A stretch of DNA of 63,426 nt, the filler included, from Pseudogymnoascus verrucosus (lineage: Eukaryota): NCBI GenBank assembly GCA_001662655.1. It is 12 parts of 12 records of this genome, joined end to end, with 100 filler letters (N's around TTAATTAATTAA, not from the genome) between each part and the next. Parts side by side here need not be neighbours in the genome. Positions count along the whole stretch, not along the records: positions 50,269 to 54,068 come from KV460324.1; positions 54,169 to 57,359 come from KV460325.1; positions 57,460 to 60,415 come from KV460326.1; positions 60,516 to 63,426 come from KV460327.1; 8 more parts are not named here. One strand, written 5' to 3'. Shown piece by piece: positions 51,364 to 60,626 of this stretch. Below the pieces are notes generated by a model. That model did no database searches, was not told the DNA's origin, and saw nothing but the letters and a program-made list of their open reading frames with translations. The stretch's first letter is position 1. Every line of letters begins with the position of its first letter. The position numbers and the translations under genes were made by a program.

Positions 51364-51747
51364 TTATAGCACCATCAGCTTGATAGCACAGGCACCAAAT
51401 TCCTCCTCGCCCTCTCTGTACCCCTCAAACCCCCTATACACCTCTACTGCTTCGTCCAAGCTGCCGTTGAAATCCGGCAAGAAAGCTTGGACTCCGTACG
51501 CTTGGAGCATCTCCTTAAAGCCTTTGAATCTCCTAACCTCAACGACCTCGGCTTCTAACGTATTTCCAAGGTTTATCTTTGAATCTGCGTTACCATCGCC
51601 TTCCTCATCAGAGTCGTCGCCATCATAGAAAGTGATCTTCTGACCGGCGACGATGGCTGCATACTTAGGCTCATTCATGCGGCCTTCTACTGGCTTCGAG
51701 CCATTGCGGATCATGTTTAGGTAGACGGTACGGATATGTATAAGCAT
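51364..51747 (-). CDS. ASCH (PUA-like) domain protein, 127 aa, intronless
   Basis: MLIHIRTVYLNMIRNGSKPVEGR carries the ASCH GxKxxExR motif; also VVEVRRFKGFKEML, LPD...EAVEVYRGF, EEEFGACAI. TATA-like TTTATAA about 160 nt upstream. Confidence 0.85.
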   Translation of the reverse strand: MLIHIRTVYLNMIRNGSKPVEGRMNEPKYAAIVAGQKITFYDGDDSDEEGDGNADSKINLGNTLEAEVVEVRRFKGFKEMLQAYGVQAFLPDFNGSLDEAVEVYRGFEGYREGEEEFGACAIKLMVL

Positions 51748-52124
51748 GTTGATTATAGACTGGACGGCGGTGGAGGTGTAGATATTTTGGGAACTTGGAA
51801 GAGATAGCGTCGAGGTCAATACTTGAAAGCAACGATAGTATTTAGAATTACTACTTGTGTGATATACAATTTATGGACGAGCTTGAAAGGTAGGCGACTG
51901 TTTTGTTATAAACCGGCCACCGTAGTTCCGGCCGAGGCTGGCCAGAGCGCCACACCTGTGGTGTCAGGGTGGTTAACTAGGAAGGCCTGGAGGGTGTGAT
52001 GCCTGCTTTTGCAATTGCCCAATTAGGAGGGCGCCAAACCCCACGCAGCATAACTCCCGACTGAGATTATATACTAAATTAACAGCTAAGCTATGGAAAA
52101 TATTTATATGCTAATCTAAGAGTA

Positions 52125-52647
52125 ACGTAAGTTGTGGCGTAACGGGACGGATGGCGTAACAGGACGCTTTCCTAGAGCTATACCCCACTAAAGTAAGTGT
52201 AGTTATTTACTACACCCTATTAACCACCTAAAATCAATTATAGTGCGTTAAAAAAGTCAAAAATCAAAGGAATTAGAAGCTTTATTAGCTGAAGCTATCC
52301 TAGGCATCTAAAATAAGAAGTATAAGTCGTTATATAAGGCTGCTAAGGCCTTAGGGTTAAGCTGCAATACTGTTAGTAAGCGCGTTAGCCAATAACAGCC
52401 TTTAAGGTAAGAAGTGCGTTAAAAACAGCAACTATTATCTAAAAATCAAGAGCGTACCTTATTAAAATAGATAAAGGAGCTTATAAATAGTAGCTACGCA
52501 CCTAGCTATCAAATCCTACAAGAGGTTGCAGATGAAGTCCAGTTAAATAAGTGTTGCGTTTTTTAGCCTTAACAACAACATATATAACAACACCTATAAC
52601 AACAACCTTAAACTTAACAACTATAACCTCAAATACCTCCTAAGTTA
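52125..52647 (+). mobile_element. pogo-like transposon 5' end, heavily RIPped
   Basis: TIR core CGTAACGGGACGG; start codon mutated to ATA at about 52240; interrupted by a TIR at 52648. Confidence 0.85.
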
Positions 52648-52714
52648 ACGTAAGTCGTGGCGTAACCGGGCTAATGGCGTAACCGGGCTATGTACCTTTG
52701 CAGCAGAATTTATA

Positions 52715-53962
52715 ACGTAAGTCATGGCGTAACGGGACGGATGGCGTAACGGGACGCTTTCTACACCCTACCAAAATCTAGGACTAAACCACCAAACTAC
52801 TAACTTAGAAAATCGTAAATAATTCAATTACTATAGAGCCAATTCATCTAAATCGCTATCATATAGCTCTTCTTCACTCTCTTCATCTATTTCCTCAATT
52901 ATAGCTTCGTTCATAGGTCGTGGCGTTATTCTAGGCCTCTGTGAAGCTGTTGCTGCTTCTGCTTCTATAACTTGCGACTGCAACTCCTCTGTTGAGATGT
53001 GGAATTGACCCTTTAAAATAGCTCTTTTACCCTTATTCTGTGCCCTACGCTTCTGAATAATTGAGCGTAAGTTATCACACTCTCTTTTTTGAAGGGTGTT
53101 GCGTGTATTAAGGCGTTCTGACTCATCTGCTAACTTATTGATATATCGCTTTGTAGGAGTATTCAAAACACCTTGATTTAAGGCTGTAGAGAGTATAGGA
53201 TTCGCTTTTTGAAGGGTATTAAAATCAGGTGGACTACTGTTTAAGAATACCTTCTTAAAAATATCATGCTCTGTAGGAGTATGTGGTCGTTCTAATACTA
53301 CTACGTCTGTAGTAGGGAGCGTAGCTGTTCGAATGACTGTCTGCGGCTAGAATGGCTGTAGCCCACTCCCTCTCTAAGCAGAAGTTATATTTGAAGTTGA
53401 AAAAGCAGCTGCTCTTGCTTTTATATATGCTTCTAGCCACTCTGCTTTCTATATTCGTAGGAGTTGCGCCTCATTTAGGTGCGAGAGAGCAGTTGTAAGG
53501 TGTTGCTTTAAGGGCCTAAAAATCGAAATATTAAGTGGCTGTAGAACATGAGATGTATAAGGAGGTAGTATAAGGAGCGATATTCGATTTTGAATGCAGT
53601 GTGATATAAAGCTTCCACTTATATAGCTATTATAGCTATCGCAAATTAGAAGCCGTTGCTGTAGTCGTCCATTTTGTGTTGCTTTTGCTCTTGTAGAAGG
53701 CTTAAAAACACGTTTTAACTACTCTAATCTATATAGATTGCTTGTCCACCCTTTTGTGTTTGCAGAGAAGTGCCATTTTTGTATAACTTCCTTTAGAATC
53801 CAGCTTTGTAGGATATTCTGTCCTTTAAAGATAATAAGAGGGTCAATAGCTGTTCTGTCTATACAGATGCACTCAACTGCAGACACCCATTCCTATCGGC
53901 CAGGATGAGCTTAGAATCGCGTACGGAGTGTAGAATCAACTATAATTCGTGTAGATTGCATA
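52715..53962 (-). mobile_element. pogo-like transposon 3' portion, interrupted by a MITE end at 53963
   Basis: TIR core CGTAACGGGACGG; ORF 52831-53166 ending DLDELAL. Confidence 0.9.
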
Positions 53963-54168
53963 ACGTAAGTCGTGGCGTAATGGGTATAATGGCGTAATGG
54001 GTACAGTGTACCTTTACAGCTAAATATGTATACAAAGGTACTTACAATGATAGAATTTAGAACCTTGANNNNNNNNNNNNNNNNNNNNNNNNNNNNNNNN
54101 NNNNNNNNNNNNTTAATTAATTAANNNNNNNNNNNNNNNNNNNNNNNNNNNNNNNNNNNNNNNNNNNN

Positions 54169-55072
54169 ACGTGAGGTTGCAGACGAAGTCCGGTCAAATA
54201 AGTGTCGCGTTTTTCAGCCTCAACAACACCTACAACAACAACAACAACAACAACCTCAAACTTAACAACCTCAAACTTAACAACCTCAAACTTAACAACC
54301 TCAAACTTAACAACCTCAAACTTAACAACCTCAAATACCTAAGTTACCTCTTGGGCAAGAGTGGGTGCCACGATTCATTCAAAGACATCCTAACTTACGT
54401 GTTAAGTTAGGACGTAGAGTTGAGGCATAGAGGATGAATGGGGTGACAAAAGAGGTGTTGAAGGGGTGGTTTAACGCGTATAAGAGCGTTATAACAGAGC
54501 TAAAAATCGAAAACTACAATACCTATAACATAGACGAGACTGGATTTTCAATTGGAACTATGCAATCTACACGAATTATAGTCGACTCTACGCTCCGTAC
54601 GCGATTTCAGGCTTATCCTAGCCGATAGGAATAGGTGTCTGCTGTTGAATGCATCTGTATAGACGGAACAGCTATCGACCCCCTTATTATCTTTAAGGGC
54701 TAGAACATCCTACAAAGCTGGATTCTAAAGGAGGTTATACAAAAATGGCACTTCTCTGCAAACACAAAAGGGTAGACAAGCAATCTACACGGATTAGAGT
54801 AGTTAAAACGCGTTTTTGAGCCCTCTATAAGAGCAAAAGCAACACTTCTAAATGGAAAACGACAACATAGGCTCCTTATTTGCAACAGCCATAATAGTTA
54901 TATAAGTGGAAGCTTTATATCACACTGCATTTAAAATCGAATATCGCTCCTTATAATACCTCCTTATACATCTCATGTTCTATAGCCACTTAATATTTCG
55001 ATTTTTAAACCCTTAAAGCAACACCTTACAACAGCTCTCTCGCACCTAAATGAGGCACAACTCCTACGTATA
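54169..55072 (+). mobile_element. pogo-like transposase internal fragment
   Basis: Poly-Q linker and MNGVTKEVLKGW...YNIDETG. Confidence 0.88.
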
Positions 55073-55543
55073 ACGTAGGTCATGGCGTAAGTGCTGCCAT
55101 GGCGTAAGCGACAATTTCAGAAACCACACCAAAATCCACGTCACGTGACTAACATTAAAACATTAATAACTTCTATAATAATGGGTATAAAGTTTAATCC
55201 TCTTATATTATTACTCTTTATATAATCATCTAATATATATAAAAACGCTAGTAGCGCTAGTCTTATTTTACAATAAATATTAAGGTTTAAACTTTTACTA
55301 TATAAAATATTTATATGGCAAAACTCAAACTATAAATAACTCTTTAATAAGACTAGCTTACATTATAGTAAATTAAAGCCTAATGTATGCATACATAAAG
55401 AGTAATAATATAAGAGGATTAAACTTTATAACCATTATTACAGAAGTTATTAAGGTTTTAATGTTAGTTACGTGACGTGGATTTTGGTGTGGTTTCTGAA
55501 ATTGTCGCTTACGCCATGGCAGCACTTACGCCATGACCTACGT
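55073..55543. mobile_element. MITE (471 bp)
   Basis: TIRs CGTAAGTGCTGCC, TA-flanked, long inverted arms. Confidence 0.92.
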
Positions 55544-55545
55544 TA

Positions 55546-57339
55546 CCAGGAATGTGGGGTGGGCTACCCCATCAAAAGTATAACGTAAGTCATGGCGTAA
55601 AGTCCCTAATGGCGTAAAGTCCCTAATGTATCTTTATAGCAAAAATCATATGTAAAGGTACCTATAATAACAAAAATTAAACCCTTAATTACTTCTTTAA
55701 TAAATTTATTAAAGGCTAGCCCTCTTATATACAAGAACTATATATAACTATCTACTATATAGAGAGAGGCTAGTATCTCTAGCGTTTTTTTACATAAGTT
55801 ATTAAAGGATTTAGATTCTACTATACAAAAATTTAGTATAGTAAATCTATAACTACTAATAACTTCCTTATTAGGTTTGCTTACAAGCTAGCGTTTTTAG
55901 GTGTAATGTATATATAACTAAAGTTTCTAAATCTAAGAGGATTAAACTCTACTAAATCTAATTAAAAAGTTATTAAAGGTCCAAATATAGATCACGTGAT
56001 GTTATTTCTATAGAGAATTCCATAGGGACTTTACGCCATTAGGGACTTTACGCCATGACTTACGTTAAGGAGTAGCTTTAAGAAAATCAACTTTAACCAA
56101 CTTATTAATTGCTATATTAAAATGGTGCGTAGACGCAGTTTAAAGACTCTAAAGCGCGATAAGCTTATACTTAAAGCTATAGCTGGAGTTAAATCTGGTT
56201 TATATAAATCAGCAAATGATACTGCGAAGGCCTTACAACTTAGGCCAGATACAGTCCTTGACCATATTAAAGGGCGACGTACCTCACATAAACAAGCACA
56301 CTTAAAGCTTCAATTACTATCTCAAACACAAGAGCAAACGCTCTTAAAGTGGATTAAGGAGCTTACTGCAAGCAGCTACGCTCCTAGCCATCGGATATTA
56401 CGTGAGGTTGCAGATGAAGTCTAGTCAAATAAGTGTCGCGTTTTTCAGCCTCAACAGCTACAACAACAACAACAACAAACTCAACAACTACAAACTCAAC
56501 AAGAACACATTCCTAACTTACCTCTTAGGCAAGAGTGGGTGCCACGATTCATTCAAAGGCATCCTAACTTACGCGTTAAGTTAGGACGTAGAGTTGAGGC
56601 ACAGAGGATGAATGGGGTGACAAAAGAGGTGTTGAAGGGGTGGTTTAACGCGTATAAGAGCCTTATAACAGAGCTAAAAATTGAAAACTACAACACCTAT
56701 AATATAGATGAAACTGGATTTTCAATTGGAACTATGCAATCTATACGAATTATAGTCGATTCTACACTCCGTACGCGTTTTCAAGCTCATCCTAGCTAAC
56801 AGGAATGGGTATCTGCTGTTGAATGCATTTGCATGGACAGAACAGCTATCGACCCCCTTATTATTTTTAAAGGACAGAACATACTACAGAGCTGGATTCT
56901 AAAGGAGGTTATACAAAAATGGCACTTCTCTGCAAATACAAAGGGATAGACAAGCAATCTTCATGGATTAGAGTGGCTAAAACGCGTTTTTGAGCCCTCT
57001 ATAAGAGCAAAAGCAACACTTCTAAATGGAAAACTACAACAGAGGCTCCTTATTTGCGACAGCCATAATAGTTATATAAACGGAAGCTTTATATTACACT
57101 ACATTTAAAATTGAATATCGCTCCTTATAATACCTCCTTATACATCTTATATGCTACAACCACTTAATATTTCAATTTTTAGACCCTTAAAGCAACACCT
57201 TACAACTGCTCTCTTACACCTAAATAAGGCACAACTCCTACGTATATAGAAGTTAGAATAGATAGATGTATATATTACTGCAAGAGTAGCTGCTTTTTCA
57301 ACTTTAAATATCAATTCTACTTAGAGAGGAAGTAGGCTA
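55546..57339 (+). mobile_element. pogo-like transposon (outer TIR lost), RIPped, with MITE in leader
   Basis: Leader resembles that of the 35903 copy. ATG at 56122 (MVRRRSLKT...). Interrupted by a TIR at 57340. Confidence 0.88.
55583..56065. mobile_element. MITE (483 bp)
   Basis: TIRs CGTAAAGTCCCTA, TA duplication. Confidence 0.93.
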
Positions 57340-57459
57340 ACGTAGGTCATGGCCAGACCNNNNNNNNNNNNNNNNNNNNNNNNNNNNNNNNNNNNNNNNN
57401 NNNTTAATTAATTAANNNNNNNNNNNNNNNNNNNNNNNNNNNNNNNNNNNNNNNNNNNN

Positions 57460-57853
57460 TTAATACACGCAATACCCTTCAAAAAAGAGAGTGTGATAAC
57501 TTACGCTCAATTATCCAGAAGCGTAGAGTACAGAATAAGGGTAAGAGAGCAGTTTTGAAGGGTCAATTCCACATTTCTACAGAGGAACTCCGGTTGCAAG
57601 TTGTAGAAGCAGAAGCTGCAACAGCAACAGCTTCACAGAGGCCTAGAACAACGCTACAGCCTATAAACAAAGCTGTAATTGAGGAAATGGATGAAGAGAG
57701 TGAAGAAGAGAGCGAAGAAGAGAGCGAAGATGATGATATAGATGAATTAGGGTGGTAGTAATTGAATTATTACTATTTTTTGAAGCTTTTAATGGGGTGG
57801 CCAACCCCACTATGTCGGTAAGGCCATACGGTCGGTAAGGCCATGACTTACGT
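57460..57853 (+). mobile_element. pogo-like transposon 3' end
   Basis: Ends DIDELGW stop; TIR core CCTTACCGAC. Confidence 0.9.
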
Positions 57854-58288
57854 TACAGAGTATCGCATAGTGGGCAGCGTTAACTATCTCGCAAGTCGTG
57901 AGTTTCTAATGAAGTAAGTACCATGTCGCGAATAAGATAATGCTAGGAGGGAGCGAGGTTCTGGACTATGGTTTGGAATATGAGGTGCTATACATGCAAA
58001 TATGTTAGCATGCTATTGTATCAATGTTAACATATCTAGGCCTTCAGAAAGAGGCACTTGAGGCGGGAGATGGCCTGGCCAATTCGCGCAATTATAGTAC
58101 CTCGTGCTTAACAGCATTTTGGCAATGGGCCGAGAGCCCCTGGTTAGCAACACGTCAAAAATTCGGGTGTGGGAAGGCGGTTTTGCAAGCGACTATAGAC
58201 TGTGGCGAGTGACATTGGTTTAGCTCACATATGCAAACAGCCTTTTGCGGAAGAGGAAGAGCTACAATAATTAATATTAAAAGTAAAA

Positions 58289-58556
58289 GGTGCCTTTAAT
58301 ATAGTAGTTGCCTTTCGAAGAAGGTGCTTGGATAACTAGGGGTGCCTTCAATATGCTAGGTACCTTTCGAAAATGGTACATTAGATAAGAAGGGTGCCTG
58401 CCATATTAGAGGCACCGTTTTGGAAAGGTACCTACAACAAAAAAGATAGCCCTTTAGTTATATGGGCACCATTCTCAAAAGGTGCCTTAAAAAATTAAGG
58501 TACCTAGATTTACATAGGTATCGTTCCCAAACGGTGCATTCTTTTTCGCAGGCACC
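58289..58556. repeat. Periodic array of about 16 GGYRCC-like motifs
   Basis: Motif starts at 58289, 58307, 58323, 58341, 58359, 58375, 58393, 58411, 58427, (58445), 58465, 58481, 58499, 58517, 58533 and 58551. Confidence 0.85.
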
Positions 58557-59056
58557 CTTTGATGGAGGAAACAGCAGCCGCAGTTAGAAGATCCGAGTTC
58601 CTCTGAAGGCGAAGGATAGTCTGTGCGTCCCCGAGCCCTCTAGCACCTCAATCTCCTGCACGCTCAGCCTGAAGGGGAAGGACAACGGTGCATAACGAGG
58701 CGGATTCAAGGCGCTCTGACCTCAGCCACTCCTGAGACTGCATCACGACCTAATGTGAGTCAGACTCTACGCGCTGAGCGCCATCGGAGCGAAGATGGGT
58801 TATGATATAGAGGCAGGATCGTTGTGGATTCGAGCCGGATGTGGTGTCTTGCTGGGTGGATCTTTATACCCTGCAAAAGCGGCGGTCCGTCCGTGCACGC
58901 ACCTTGCCTAATGCAGGGGGATTCCTGATGGGGGGGACGCGGTTTCCTAATGCGCACTTGCCGAATGTTATTTAACACATTAAGTTAGAACAAGTGTAGA
59001 ATGGTATGCTAGTAGGCTTATATAAAGAATAAAGCCGTTGTATAAACACGTACTTA

Positions 59057-59544
59057 ACGTAAGTTATGGCGTACTAGCCGCAATGGCGTAATGGCCGCAA
59101 TGTATCTTTACAGCTAAATGTGTATATAAAGGTACTTACAATTGCAGAATTTAGAACCTTAACTACTCTATTAATAAAAATTGTAAGGCTTAGCCCTCTT
59201 ATATATAAAAACTCTATATAATCATCTACTATACATAAAGACACTAGTAGCTCTAGCGTATTTTTGAATAAGTTATTAAAGGTTTTAGATTTTGCTATAC
59301 ATTTTTTTTATATAGTAAATCTAAAATGGCTAATAACTTCCTTATTACACTAGCTTACAAGTTAACATTTTTAAGTATAATTAATGTATGTGTATATTAA
59401 GTCTCTAAGTACAAAAGCATTAAACGTTAACAAGCTTAGTTAAAAAGTTATTAAAGGTTGAAATATAGATCACGTGATACAAATTAGCTTGTAATGGCAA
59501 CTACGGCCATTACGCCATTGCGGCCAGTACGCCATGACTTACGT
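59057..59544. mobile_element. MITE (488 bp)
   Basis: TIRs CGTACTRGCCGCA, TA-flanked. Confidence 0.92.
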
Positions 59545-59721
59545 TAGACCTTTAGAAATAGATAAAAAATATCCCTTCTAAGCTTAAACCCTATAAAGCT
59601 AATATAAAATAATAATAATACTAAGAATGTATACTCCATTACTAACTTACTATTAGAGTAGTAACGTATATAACAATAATGTTACATGTAAGCATATAAA
59701 CAAAAAACAACTTATGTGATA

Positions 59722-59999
59722 ACGTAAGTCGTGGCGTAACCGGCATAATCATGTGGTGTCCCCTCACCAAAGAAAATCAACTTTTTTAATAAGGTCGTGG
59801 ACATTTTCTAGGCTCTACAGATAATAGGTTAATATGCGTACTATTACCATACATAAGGGCTAAGCTGTACGATTAAAATTGCAAAAGTTATGACCATTTA
59901 AAAAAAATCATTAGAAGTAAGTACCTTTCTATAGAAAGTTTGGTGTAGAGTGACATTATGCCGGTTACGCCATTGTGCCGGTTACGCCACGACTTACGT
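59722..59999. mobile_element. Short MITE (278 bp), different body
   Basis: TIRs CGTAACCGGCA, TA-flanked. A partial inverted copy lies at 41871-42019. Confidence 0.9.
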
Positions 60000-60280
60000 T
60001 ACTTTATAACACGTGTAGGAATAATAACACTACGTGATAACCTAGAGCATGGGTGCAGAAGCTGCAGCTTACGTGATAACTTAGAACACGTGTAGAATAG
60101 TACGATAGTAGGTTCGTACGAAAGGAAACCCTTCGTACGAACATAGAATTAGATCTTGCTAACATAAATTTAAAAAGAGATGTAATAGATGATAAATTAA
60201 GGTATATAATTACATTCTATAACTCATGTTCGAGGTTATTACATGCTGTGGTGTTTAGCCACATGTGTGTTGTAAGTGTA

Positions 60281-60415
60281 ACGTAAGTCATGGTGTAAGC
60301 GGCGATATGGCGTAAGCGGCGATAAGTACCCTTACATATAAATTTGTATGCAAAGATACTTACCCTTCTAAAAATAAAAACTTCAACAACTCTGTTAATA
60401 AAAATCGCTAGGCTT
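60281..60415. mobile_element. MITE end (same type as 37254) cut by gap
   Basis: TA|ACGTAAGTCATGGTGTAAGCGGCGAT...AAGTACCCTTACATATAAATT. Confidence 0.85.
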
Positions 60416-60515
60416 NNNNNNNNNNNNNNNNNNNNNNNNNNNNNNNNNNNNNNNNNNNNTTAATTAATTAANNNNNNNNNNNNNNNNNNNNNNNNNNNNN
60501 NNNNNNNNNNNNNNN

Positions 60516-60584
60516 GGTGTGAGGGTGGAGGTTTGGCATCGGTTTGCGCTGGATGGGGTAGTGGTATGTTGGCTCGGCCATCAT
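60516..60584 (-). CDS. Possible 5' end of an unidentified gene running into the gap
   Basis: CACCATGATGG start context after a (CT)n(CA)n tract; MMAEPTYHYPIQRKP.... About 2.8 kb of non-repetitive sequence lies upstream. Confidence 0.3.
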
Positions 60585-60585
60585 G

Positions 60586-60625
<40 letters not shown>
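60586..60625. repeat. Compound (GT)n(GA)n microsatellite
   Basis: Read directly from the sequence. Confidence 0.9.

Positions 60626-60626
<1 letters not shown>

Noticed and set aside
58289..58556. CRISPR-like repeat/spacer appearance (also the stacked TIR repeats)
   Set aside because: Cores are only 6-10 bp with 10-12-bp spacers, the context is eukaryotic and there are no cas genes.
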